From Candidatus Latescibacterota bacterium (GTDB taxonomy: Bacteria > Latescibacterota > UBA2968 > UBA8231): a DNA stretch of 64,000 nucleotides. The DNA is taken from positions 4,960,001 through 5,024,000 of the forward strand of contig OZ242214.1 in assembly GCA_965206595.1 (NCBI GenBank), read 5' to 3'. The notes under the pieces were generated by a model, which worked only from the letters and a program-made list of their open reading frames with translations, was not told the DNA's origin and searched no databases. Below are positions 10,685 through 19,888 of this stretch, in pieces. Positions within the stretch are counted from its first letter, which is position 1; every line of letters starts with the position of its first letter. Both the position numbers and the translations under genes were made by a program.

Positions 10685-10726
10685 AAAACAGGAGGCGGAG
10701 GAAGGGCAGAACCCCCTCCTCCGCTC
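10685..10726 (-). terminator. Probable intrinsic terminator of the 10754..12703 gene
   Basis: Minus-strand stem GAGCGGAGGAGGGG / CCCTTCCTCCGCCTC followed by CTGTTTT. Confidence 0.55.
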
Positions 10727-10753
10727 GGTGACCCGTCGGCAACCCTCCCCCCT

Positions 10754-12703
10754 TTACTTGAGCAGGGTCATCTTCTTTGTCATCTGATAGTGGCCAACCT
10801 GCAGGCTATAGAAATACAACCCGCCGGCAGCTAGGTCTCCGCTGGCGTTGGTGCCGTCCCACCCAGTGCGATAGGTGCCCCCGGTCAGGTACTCGTTGAC
10901 CAGTGTGGCCACCTTCTGGCCCTGGATGTTGAGGACAGTCATCTTCACAAGGGCCTCCACGGGAACGGCGAACTCGATCGTCGTCTCCGCGTTGAACGGG
11001 TTCGGATACGCCTCGCCCAACACATAGTCATCGGGCGTCACGTCTGAAGAGATTTCCGCGACCGCCGTCGGGAGATCCCTTCCGATCAGAGCCATAGAAA
11101 TCCGGAACGGCAGATGGCCAATCTGATAACCAAAACCATCACCGTGGAATTCCGGTTCAGTAGCCAGAAGATACAGTCCGTCGTGCTCCGAATGCTCGTG
11201 GAGCATATAAACGCCCGTCCCGGTCGCCTGGTTATGCGACGTCGGAGCCTTGGCTGCGTCAACGTGAAGGAGCCCCGCGCCATCGGGGCCGTAGAGCGCC
11301 CCCCAGTGGGGCTGGACCGGGTTTTTCGTACCCTCAGCTACGAAAGCGAACCCCTCGGCACTGCCGGTGAGCACGTGAGCGTCACCATCCAGAGTTGGCT
11401 CAATACCCAGGGCATCTGCTTGGGTTTCATAGATCATGTCGTTGAAGCCGTCCCCGGCATCGTTCATATAGATGAGGTTCCCGTCCCAGTCGACCTTTAA
11501 AGGACTTCTTGTTATCGAATCCGCGCCCCAACCTCCAGCGCAGACGATGAACCCCGAGTCATCGATGTGCATAGTCCCAACCATGCTGGCAACAGGCGAC
11601 GTTGATCCATCCTCGTTGAAGCGCTCGAATACATAGAACGGGCTGATGTCGATGATGTTCGTGACCTCGCCCGTATTAGAATCCAGTTCGTAGATATCGG
11701 AGACCGGGGGATCGGTAAAGAACCCATGGCCCATGTACAGTTTGTTTTCAAAAAATTGGAGCGAATTGAAGATATTCTGGTTATCGTCGACAACAATCCT
11801 CTCTTTCCAACTGGCGGGTGGGTCCCCGAAGCCTTCCATGGGTTCGGCCGTCGTCTGGTCCAGAGAAACGGTGGCGCCAATTATGCCACCATCCCAGAAT
11901 TGGTACGACCACCAGCGGGTGAAGTCGTCCGGATCAACGACAGACCCATGGCTCGTGCCCCCCAGTATCGCTCTTGGGTTCCCGTCAGCGTCCGTCAGGC
12001 CGTAGTTCGGGACTTCGGTGAGCTTGACAAGCTCCATCTCATCGTGTTCCAGGAAATTGCCCGCGGCAATCGAATATCTCATGAAGCTCGCGCCCCCCGC
12101 GCCCAGGTCGGCAACGATTTGCTCTCTCGACCCGCCCGGCCTCGTGCCCAATGTCGCGCCGGTGCCAATGATCCATCCTTCCCCTTGGGCGTTCATGAGG
12201 TAGACAGCGCGCTGCCGCATCCCCCAACCCGAGACGCCTACCCAGTTGACATCATCCAGGTTGTTGATGCCGATAGCGTAGAGGGTGTACGTGCCCGGCT
12301 CGACGGCGTTCTCTTCCCAATCTTTCCCATCCCACGTGCCGCTGTGCGTTCCCTCCTCGAACGTCCCCAGCTCCACCACTCTTACCAGGTTGGGGATCCC
12401 CGCCTTGCGGTTCAGAGCGTGGCCGCCATTTATCTCGGGGATACCAGGGCCGCCCCAGCCGCCCTCGGTGGGCTGATCCTTGGTGTACACCACCAGCCAG
12501 ACGGAGGCACGGCTGCCCCGCAGAGTGAAAGGAATGGTCGCATTGCCGCTGAAATCGTAGCTCACATTCCCCAGATCAATATCCAGCAGTTGCAGCTCCT
12601 CGCTACGCACGTATCGGTAGCCCTCAGTCCCCGCTTGGCCGTAAGCCAGTCCCGCGCAAACCGCGAGGAGGATCATGGACAAAAACATAGCTCTCGGTCG
12701 CAT
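10754..12703 (-). CDS. Secreted protein with N-terminal FlgD-like Ig domain and C-terminal T9SS type-A-like/FlgD sorting domain
   Basis: Signal peptide; TWDGKDWEENAVEPGTY near the N-terminus; PTAV...LGEAYPNPFN...WDGTNASG...KKMTLLK at the C-terminus. Confidence 0.85.
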   Translation of the reverse strand: MRPRAMFLSMILLAVCAGLAYGQAGTEGYRYVRSEELQLLDIDLGNVSYDFSGNATIPFTLRGSRASVWLVVYTKDQPTEGGWGGPGIPEINGGHALNRKAGIPNLVRVVELGTFEEGTHSGTWDGKDWEENAVEPGTYTLYAIGINNLDDVNWVGVSGWGMRQRAVYLMNAQGEGWIIGTGATLGTRPGGSREQIVADLGAGGASFMRYSIAAGNFLEHDEMELVKLTEVPNYGLTDADGNPRAILGGTSHGSVVDPDDFTRWWSYQFWDGGIIGATVSLDQTTAEPMEGFGDPPASWKERIVVDDNQNIFNSLQFFENKLYMGHGFFTDPPVSDIYELDSNTGEVTNIIDISPFYVFERFNEDGSTSPVASMVGTMHIDDSGFIVCAGGWGADSITRSPLKVDWDGNLIYMNDAGDGFNDMIYETQADALGIEPTLDGDAHVLTGSAEGFAFVAEGTKNPVQPHWGALYGPDGAGLLHVDAAKAPTSHNQATGTGVYMLHEHSEHDGLYLLATEPEFHGDGFGYQIGHLPFRISMALIGRDLPTAVAEISSDVTPDDYVLGEAYPNPFNAETTIEFAVPVEALVKMTVLNIQGQKVATLVNEYLTGGTYRTGWDGTNASGDLAAGGLYFYSLQVGHYQMTKKMTLLK

Positions 12704-13514
12704 TCCTCTAGCCCCTCTGGTGAACGTAACGATTATTTATTGGTGAAAAAAAATTGTGCCCGTTTTCGCGGAGCATTGAATTCGGTAATGGACTGCCTTT
12801 TCCACCCGCAACTCCTCGACATTCAGAATTTCACCTCTTTTTTGGCTCGCGCAACGTCACGATACACCCGCTCCATTGTCTGTCGCTCTCTTGTACGGCA
12901 ATTCCGCCTGATGTTCAAAACAATAAGGACTCCTACCGTAACATCCAAGTAAAATCGACCCGGGGAAGCGAAAACCCGGCCACCCCCCCGGCTGTCAACG
13001 CGGCGAGTGAGGTACGGCCCGGTTTCCGAAAGCGATCTGCGCAAGCGTATTGTCCAGCTTGAGCAGATTGTGGAACAACTGACGGCGCGCATTGCCGAAA
13101 ATCGTTGACGATTCCTACGTGAATATGGAGGAATTTTTATGGCTTTCCTTTGTCGTTTCCTTTAGGCGATTCGTCAGTATGGTTTATTGTGGATGGCGAC
13201 AAGAGCGGTGGCTTCTTAGGATTAGATGATATTAGTATGCATGCAGAAAGCGCAGTGGTATACCGCGGTCGCAAGGACATATAGTGCTGAAATGACAGCA
13301 ACGTCACCTTGGTAGATATAACGACTCAGAAGAAGGGTCAGACCCAATTAGCCCTGACAATTGGTTAGGTTATTCGGCCCCGATGCGTCTTACGGTCTAA
13401 ACTATGTCTACGAAAACCGATCTGTGGGCTAGTGGAATTCTTCTGGCCGCAGACGGTCGCACCGATGACATCGCCGTTGGAAGCGTTACTTGACTCCTCC
13501 GTATAAACCCCATT

Positions 13515-13860
13515 AGGGGTATCCATTTAACTGGACCCCGCCATATAAATTTGAGCGAAGAAACGAAATATTGGTTTTGGCGGCGGTTCTTCTCAGAATC
13601 GGCAAACCAATCCAGGCTCATTCTGTTCGGGCAGCCTTCGCCATGGCATATCCAGGGGATCCTCGGGTCGACGGTGTGTGCTGGGGTGACGGTGTCGGCA
13701 TTCTTCGCGGAACGGGGCGTATCGTGGAAGATCTCGACGAGGGTAACTGGACGCCAAGCCGGGCTGAACGATTCAAAAACTTGAATTTAGAGGGCTGCCC
13801 GAACAGGAAGCGAATAAGATTATTGCCCTCCTGTGCCAGTCCTCTTAAATGGATACCCCT
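13515..13860. mobile_element. MITE-like non-autonomous element (346 bp)
   Basis: Terminal IR AGGGGTATCCATTTAA(CT/GA)GGAC (20/22) flanked by direct repeat AAACCCCATT at 13505-13514 and 13861-13870; no credible transposase inside. Confidence 0.85.
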
Positions 13861-13979
13861 AAACCCCATTTTGAGGATGTTCAGCGATTCAGCACATTAG
13901 AGAACCACTATATATTGGCTAACGAAGACAACGCATACACTATATGTTGTATGACAAACCGGGCATTCTGAGCGAGGTA

Positions 13980-14023
13980 GGGTTTTTACGAGAGAATCTT
14001 ACTTGATTCTCTCGTAAAAACCC
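13980..14023. repeat. Perfect 19-bp inverted repeat formed by an orphan IS end and the left end of the adjacent IS
   Basis: GGGTTTTTACGAGAGAATC-TTACTT-GATTCTCTCGTAAAAACCC. Confidence 0.9.
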
Positions 14024-15979
14024 CTCTCTCACAGCCCCGATAATCAGGGATTCTTGGTATATTGGTGTATACCAATCCGTCACACACTTCCTCTTTACTG
14101 GATGGGCTGATGTTTCGCAAGAAGGATTCGCAACGCACCCTGTTCGAGAGTCGCAACCTGGTGCCTGCGGCCAAGCGGCGGCGCCTGCAGGCGAGCTGGG
14201 CGGAGACCTTTCGTACGCGCGCCTTGCCGCTGATCGATGAAGCGCAGTTCGCGCCCTTGTATTGCGACGACAACGGTCGTCCCAACCAGCCGGTGGCGAC
14301 GGTCTTGGGCGTGCTTCTGCTCAAGGAGATGTTCGCTCTGACCGACGCCGAGGCGCTGGAGCAGCTGGAGTTCAGCCTGCTGTGGCAGCACGCCCTGGAG
14401 CTGACCCCGGACGAGGCCCACCTGGCGCAAAAGACGCTGCATAACTTCCGCGCGCGCTTGCTGGCCCATGACCGCGGCCGGCAGGCCTTCGAGGCGACCA
14501 CGGATGGCATTCTGCAAGCGTTGGGTACGAAGGTCACCCGGCAACGTCTGGATTCCACCCACGTGATCAGCAACATCGCGGTGTTGTCGCGTCTGGGGCT
14601 GTTGTGTGAGACCCTCCGTCACTTTCTGAAGACCCTGGCCGCGGAGCATCCGCGCCTGTACGGGCGGGTGCCGAAGCGCCTGCGCGAGCGCTACCTGAAG
14701 GAGGACGGCAGCGCCACATCCTACCAGGACGCGCCCTCCGGCACGGGCAAGAGGCGGTTGCCGGTGTGCGCCCGCGACCTCTACCGTCTCCATCAGCTGT
14801 GTGCGGGCACCGCGGCGGAGGGCCTGGCATCCTACGCGCTGCTGCAGCGCCTGCTGTGGGAGCAGTGTGAGGTGATCGCGGACAAGCAGCGCCCCTCGAC
14901 CGAGGACGACGACGCCGGCGAAGGCGGCGTGCCGGTGGTGCTGAAGGCGCCTGAGAAGGTCGGCAGCGACTCGCTGCAAAGCCCCTATGATGCCGAGGCC
15001 ACCTACCACGGCCGCAAGGGCAAGGGGTATGAGGTGCAGATCGCCGAGACCTGCGTCGAGACTGACGACGACCAGACTGACGACGACCAGACCGACACCG
15101 TGAACAGGATCACCCACGTAGCGGTGACCGATGCCTGCGCCAGTGACGAGCACGCGACGATGCCGGTGCTGGAGGCCCTCGAAGAGCGCGGGCAACGACC
15201 CGACGAGCTGGTCGCCGACACCGCCTTCGGCTCCGGCGACAACGCCGTCCACGCCGAGCGCCTGGGCACCGAGTTGGTCAGCCCGGTCAAAGGCCCGCAG
15301 GTCGACGTCGAGGAGCGCCCCGATACGGTGACCGAAGCCGACTTCCTCGTCGAGGCCCGTCTCCGGGATCCGGCCATCTGCCCGGCCGGATACCTGGCCC
15401 GCGAGCAGACGCCGTGTGAGAAGAAGTCCCATCACGTGACCCTGACCTTCGAGCGCGAGGGCTGCGAGACCTGCGCCCTGCTTTCCGTCTGCCCGGTGCG
15501 GCCGAACCAGGACGGGGACGGCTACGCCGTAACCGTGGACCTGAAAGCCGTCAACCTCGAACGCCGCCGCCGCGCCATCGCCAGCGGCGCCTTCCGGGAG
15601 CGCTATCGCATTCGCGCCGGCATCGAGGCCACGGTCTCGGAACGGAAACGAAGACACGGGCTGGGCGCCCTGCGCGTGCGCGGGCGTTGGCGCGTAGAGC
15701 TGGCCGTCTACCTCAAAGCCCTGGCTTGCAATTTCAAGAGAATGGTGCGGGCGCTTACGCCCAAACCCGAAGCCATAGCTCCGGCGATGGGCTGAAAAAG
15801 GGAACGGAGGTCCCTTTCGGTGCCGGAAAAAGGCCTGATAAGCCCGATTCGAGGCCATCGGACGATAGAGCGCTGAAGCCGCTTACATAGCGGCGCATTC
15901 CCGATTCTTTTTCCTGTGGGTGAAACTAAGGTTTCAGAAAAAATCTCTGCCTTGAAAACGGGGTTGTTACGAGGGAGTC
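14005..15979 (+). mobile_element. IS1182-like insertion sequence
   Basis: Ends GATTCTCTCGTAAAAACCCC / GGGGTTGTTACGAGGGAGTC; direct repeat TTACTT at 13999-14004 and 15980-15985 (alternatively 8-bp CTTACTTG). Confidence 0.85.
14110..15795 (+). CDS. IS1182/IS5-like DDE transposase
   Basis: DUF772-like N-terminus (GRPNQPV...LLLKEMF.LTD.EA), RLDSTH, SLQSPYD.EATY, ADTAFG, CPAG...CETCAL..C, YRIRAGIEAT.SE.KRRHGL. Start 14110 or 14062. Confidence 0.88.
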   Translation: MFRKKDSQRTLFESRNLVPAAKRRRLQASWAETFRTRALPLIDEAQFAPLYCDDNGRPNQPVATVLGVLLLKEMFALTDAEALEQLEFSLLWQHALELTPDEAHLAQKTLHNFRARLLAHDRGRQAFEATTDGILQALGTKVTRQRLDSTHVISNIAVLSRLGLLCETLRHFLKTLAAEHPRLYGRVPKRLRERYLKEDGSATSYQDAPSGTGKRRLPVCARDLYRLHQLCAGTAAEGLASYALLQRLLWEQCEVIADKQRPSTEDDDAGEGGVPVVLKAPEKVGSDSLQSPYDAEATYHGRKGKGYEVQIAETCVETDDDQTDDDQTDTVNRITHVAVTDACASDEHATMPVLEALEERGQRPDELVADTAFGSGDNAVHAERLGTELVSPVKGPQVDVEERPDTVTEADFLVEARLRDPAICPAGYLAREQTPCEKKSHHVTLTFEREGCETCALLSVCPVRPNQDGDGYAVTVDLKAVNLERRRRAIASGAFRERYRIRAGIEATVSERKRRHGLGALRVRGRWRVELAVYLKALACNFKRMVRALTPKPEAIAPAMG

Positions 15980-16062
15980 TTACTTGGGCCCGAATCAAGG
16001 CCAGCCTGTCGGAATAGCCGAACGTCGATCGGGCACCGCCCCCGGGGGTGCCGCCGCCACCC

Positions 16063-17460
16063 TTATTCCGCTTCCTTCACCGCGTTGACCAGATCGACCA
16101 CCGCCTCCCTGGCGCTGCCGAAGTACATCAGCGTTTTGTCGGCCGCGAACAGCGGGTTGGCGATGCCGGCGAAGCCCGGGCTCAGGGAGCGCTTGATCAC
16201 CACCACGGTGCGCGCCTTGTCGACGTCGAGGATCGGCATGCCGGCGATCGGTCCGGAGTCCGCGACCCGGGCCACCGGATTGACGACGTCGTTGGCCCCG
16301 ATAACGAGAACGACGTCGGTCTGCGCGAAGGTCGGGTTGACGAGGTCCATCTCCTTGAGCTGTTCGTAGGGAACCTCGGCCTCGGCCAGGAGCACGTTCA
16401 TGTGGCCCGGCATGCGCCCCGCTACCGGGTGGATGGCGTACTCGACCTCGATGCCGCGATCCTCCAGCAGGCCGGCGAGATCGCGCACCGCGTACTGGGC
16501 CTGGGCGACCGCCATGCCGTAGCCCGGCACCACCACCACCCGCCGCGCCGTGTCGAACAGCATCGCCACCTCCGCCGCAGACGTCGACTTCACCCTGCCC
16601 TCGTAGATCTCGTCGTCCCCTCCAGCGACCGCGGCCCTGGCGCCGACCCCCCCGAAAAAGACGTTCCCCAGCGAGCGGTTCATGGCGCGGCACATGATCT
16701 GCGTCAGGATCACCCCCGAGGCGCCGACAAGTGACCCCGCTATGATGAGGATATTGTTCTGCAGCACGAAGCCGGTCGCCGCGGCGGCGAGGCCGGAGCA
16801 GGAGTTGAGAAAAGCGATGACCACCGGCATGTCGGCGCCTCCGATGGCGACGACGACCGCGGCCCCCAGCAGGCTGGCCGCGGCCGCCAGGACCCAGTAT
16901 GCGTGCGGGGACGACGGCTCGGCGACGACCCAGGCGGCGGCGGCTACGGACGCAGCCCCGAGGAGGGCGTTGAGAAGCTGCCGGCCGGGAAACAGCAGGG
17001 GGGTTCCCGCCATCAGCTCCTGGAGTTTGGCGAAGGCGATGACGCTGCCCCAGAAAGTCACCGCGCCAATCAGGCCGGAGGCCGCGGTGGCTACCGTGAA
17101 CTGCGCCGCCGGTGCCGCCTGCGACAAGTTGCTCTCGGAGAGGGCCGCACCGGCGACCAGCACCGAGGCAACGCCCCCGAAGCCGTTGAACAGCGCCACC
17201 AGCTGCGGCATCGCCGTCATCTCGATGCGGACGGCGAGCACCCCGCCGACCAGGGCGCCGGCGACCACCCCGGCGAGGATCAGCTCGAAGCTGAGGATCT
17301 GGCGGCTCAGCAGCGTCGCCACCACGGCAAGCAACATGCCGCACGCCCCCAGCAGGTTGCCGCGCACCGCGGTGCGCGGATGGGTGAGCCCCTTGAGGCC
17401 GAGGATGAAGAGCACCGCGGCAACGAGGTAGGCGGCGGCGATCAGCGTCTCGAACGGCAT
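16063..17460 (-). CDS. pntB: NAD(P)+ transhydrogenase subunit beta
   Basis: MTAMPQLVALFNGFGG, IGGADMPVVI, VPGYGMAVAQAQ, IHPVAGRMPGHMNVLLAEA, GANDVVNP. Confidence 0.97.
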   Translation of the reverse strand: MPFETLIAAAYLVAAVLFILGLKGLTHPRTAVRGNLLGACGMLLAVVATLLSRQILSFELILAGVVAGALVGGVLAVRIEMTAMPQLVALFNGFGGVASVLVAGAALSESNLSQAAPAAQFTVATAASGLIGAVTFWGSVIAFAKLQELMAGTPLLFPGRQLLNALLGAASVAAAAWVVAEPSSPHAYWVLAAAASLLGAAVVVAIGGADMPVVIAFLNSCSGLAAAATGFVLQNNILIIAGSLVGASGVILTQIMCRAMNRSLGNVFFGGVGARAAVAGGDDEIYEGRVKSTSAAEVAMLFDTARRVVVVPGYGMAVAQAQYAVRDLAGLLEDRGIEVEYAIHPVAGRMPGHMNVLLAEAEVPYEQLKEMDLVNPTFAQTDVVLVIGANDVVNPVARVADSGPIAGMPILDVDKARTVVVIKRSLSPGFAGIANPLFAADKTLMYFGSAREAVVDLVNAVKEAE

Positions 17461-17464
17461 GCTG

Positions 17465-17746
17465 TCAGGAACGGCGCTTGAACATGCCGAGCATGCGGTG
17501 GGTGACCAGGAACCCGCCGACGACGTTGACCGTCGCCAGGACCACCGCGGCCAGCCCCAGCCAGACGGCCAGCTCGGTCCGCTGCGAACCCGCCGAGAGC
17601 AGGGCCCCGATCAGGGTTATCCCCGAGATGGCGTTCGACCCCGACATCAGCGGCGTGTGCAGGGTCGGGGGGATCTTGGTGATGATCTCGAAGCCGACGA
17701 AGACCGCCAGGACGAACACGGTGACGGCTGCAACCAGGGATTCCAT
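17465..17746 (-). CDS. pntAb: NAD(P)+ transhydrogenase subunit alpha part 2 (membrane part)
   Basis: MESLVAAVTVFVLAVFVG...KIPPTLHTPLMSGSNAISG...NVVGGFLVTHRMLGMF; RBS upstream of ATG 17746. Confidence 0.93.
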   Translation of the reverse strand: MESLVAAVTVFVLAVFVGFEIITKIPPTLHTPLMSGSNAISGITLIGALLSAGSQRTELAVWLGLAAVVLATVNVVGGFLVTHRMLGMFKRRS

Positions 17747-17754
17747 TTCTTCCT

Positions 17755-18966
17755 TTATCCGTCGCCTTTCGCGGCGGCGGGCGCCTCCGGCTCCGTTGCT
17801 CCGGGTTGCCCGGCGGGGGTCGGACCCATCGCTTCGAGGACGCGGTCGCTGACGACACGGCCGCCGCGGGTGACCAGGGTGGCCGCGGTGATCTCGTCGG
17901 CCGGGTCGAGGTGCAGCCGGCCTTCGTCGTCGAGCAGGTGAGTCAGGAATGCCGCGAGGTTGTGGCTGTACATCTGGCTGGCGTGGTAGGGCACGGAGGC
18001 CGGCAGGTTGGCCGGCCCGAGGATGCGGACGCCGTAGCGGTCGACGGTTTCGCCCGCCCGCGTCAGCTCGCAGTTGCCCCCCCGTTCCGCCGCGAGGTCG
18101 ACGATTACGGAGTGCGGCGCCATCGCCTCGACCGCCTGCCGCGGAATCAGGACCGGGGCCTTGCTGCCCGGCACCGCGGCGGTGGTGATGACGACGTTGC
18201 AGCCGCCGACGACCTCGCTCAGGGCTTCCTGCTGGCGCCGGTAGAAATCGGCGTCCCGGGCCCGGGCGTAGCCGCCGGCTCCCTCGGCGTCGCCGGCCGC
18301 GACGTCGAGCTCGACGAACTCGGCCCCCAGGCTCTCGACCTGCTCGCGCACCGCGGGGCGGACGTCGTACCCCATGACCACCGCGCCGAGCCGCTTCGCC
18401 GTCGCCAGCGCCTGCAGCCCCGCCACCCCGGCCCCTATCACGAGCACCCGCGCCGGCCTGACCGTGCCGGCGGCCGTCATCATCAGGGGGAACATCCGCG
18501 GCAGCTCCGCGGCGGCCAGCAGCACCGCCTTGTATCCTGAGATGGTCGCCATCGACGACAGCGCGTCCATGCTCTGGGCCCGCGTCGTGCGCGGCATCAG
18601 CTCGACGGCGAGCAGGAGGGCGCCGGCCGCGGCCACCGCTTCGATGGCGCCGTGCGCCTCCAGCGGCTCGGCGAATCCCAGCACCGCCTGATTGCTGCGA
18701 AGCATCTCGAGGTCGCCGCCTGAGGGATTGGCGCCGTGGGTCCGTACCTGGAGGATGGCATCGGCGCCGGCGAAGACCTCCCTGCGCGAAGCTGCGATCT
18801 CCGCGCCCGCGGCGGCGAATTCCTCGTCGGTGAAGCCGGCGCCGGCGCCGGCGTTGGACTCGACGACCACCCGCACCCGTTCGACGAGGCAGGATACCGA
18901 TTCGGGCGTCAGCGCGACGCGCCGCTCCCCCGCAAAGGTCTCCGCGGGAACGCCGGCGGTCAGCAA
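17755..18966 (-). CDS. pntAa: NAD(P)+ transhydrogenase subunit alpha part 1
   Basis: GVPAE...GERRVALTP, RAQSMDALSSMA, GAGVAGLQA, DLAAERGGNCELT; probable TTG start at 18966. Confidence 0.95.
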   Translation of the reverse strand: MLTAGVPAETFAGERRVALTPESVSCLVERVRVVVESNAGAGAGFTDEEFAAAGAEIAASRREVFAGADAILQVRTHGANPSGGDLEMLRSNQAVLGFAEPLEAHGAIEAVAAAGALLLAVELMPRTTRAQSMDALSSMATISGYKAVLLAAAELPRMFPLMMTAAGTVRPARVLVIGAGVAGLQALATAKRLGAVVMGYDVRPAVREQVESLGAEFVELDVAAGDAEGAGGYARARDADFYRRQQEALSEVVGGCNVVITTAAVPGSKAPVLIPRQAVEAMAPHSVIVDLAAERGGNCELTRAGETVDRYGVRILGPANLPASVPYHASQMYSHNLAAFLTHLLDDEGRLHLDPADEITAATLVTRGGRVVSDRVLEAMGPTPAGQPGATEPEAPAAAKGDG

Positions 18967-19257
18967 GGCGGCTCTTCCAAGGATCTCGGGGGATGCCCGG
19001 GGGAAACCGGGGACCTGCCGCGGAGGGCAGGGCGCCCATACAGGGGGCCTTGGGTCCTGAAACAATGGATTGCCGGCAATCCGGCCCCCGAAGCGCCCGG
19101 TTCCCAAGGCCCCCGAGAATGGCCTGCAGGAGATGTCCGGCCGAAAAGCAGGATATGGTTGGGGCAGGACGCCGAAGCCAGCTGTGTCAGGCCGCCCCGA
19201 CCGGCCTCCCGCGCCAATGGTGCGCGGAACCGGCTCCCCCGAATGCTCGGGGGAAAT

Positions 19258-19557
19258 TCAGCGATGAGCGGCAAGTTTGTCGTGGTACTTCTTGAGCTGG
19301 GTGCCGACGTGATCGGAGGCGTCGCTGATCGACTTGAACAGGTTGTCGTCGTCCGATTCTCCCCTGCCTACGAGCTTCTGCTGCGGAACCTTGACGATGA
19401 TTTCAACCGCGGTGCCGTGCCTCGCGCGCCTTTCCAACACCACCTCGCAGTCGACGATGCGGTCGGAGTAGTGATCGAGCTTGGCGCATACCTTTTCGAT
19501 ATGCTCTTTCGTGGAGTCCGATACAGTAGTGTGTCTGGCGGTGATTTTGACTGGCAT
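19258..19557 (-). CDS. hpf: Ribosome hibernation promoting factor (HPF/RaiA, short form)
   Basis: MPVKITARH..VSDS.KEHIEK..AKL...DNLFKSI.......QLKKYHDK; 99 aa. Confidence 0.9.
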   Translation of the reverse strand: MPVKITARHTTVSDSTKEHIEKVCAKLDHYSDRIVDCEVVLERRARHGTAVEIIVKVPQQKLVGRGESDDDNLFKSISDASDHVGTQLKKYHDKLAAHR

Positions 19558-19828
19558 CGCATCTCCTTTCAGTGACCGCGCAGGGTCCGCAAGTCGGAAA
19601 TTCCAAAGATACCGACGCCGCAAGACGGGTCAACAACGCCATCCCGAACCCGTGTGGCCAAACGCATTCCCGGAAAAACATGCGGCCTTTCTGAAAGGAA
19701 GGGGATCGCTAAACTGCAGGCGAAGGCGGGCTGACGCCCGAGCTCCCTGCCCGTCGGAATCGGATTCGCGGTTTTCCGGCGGTTCCGCCCTGCGCGATCG
19801 ATCCTGCCGGCGCTGCCAATCTGCAGCC

Positions 19829-19861
19829 AAAAAAAGCCTCGCCCCCTTGCCGGGACGAGGC
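19829..19861 (-). terminator. Intrinsic terminator downstream of gltA
   Basis: Minus-strand GCCTCGTCCC...GGGGCGAGGC followed by T7. Confidence 0.8.
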
Positions 19862-19888
19862 CTGGAAATCGGGCTCGCATCGGGTCCC

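Noticed and set aside
13335-13345. GGGTCAGACCC REP-like mini-hairpin in an AT-richer intergenic stretch
   Set aside because: Only one short copy seen and no RAYT-type gene nearby.
14095-15858. 587-aa minus-strand ORF and many other long antisense ORFs (e.g. 19481..21229, 30238..32304, 46181..48064)
   Set aside because: Shadow frames of well-supported genes in GC-rich DNA; no recognisable motifs.
17747-19039. Apparent 524-aa extended pntAb
   Set aside because: The extension overlaps pntAa in another frame and is Arg/Gly-rich noise; the real start with RBS is at 17746.
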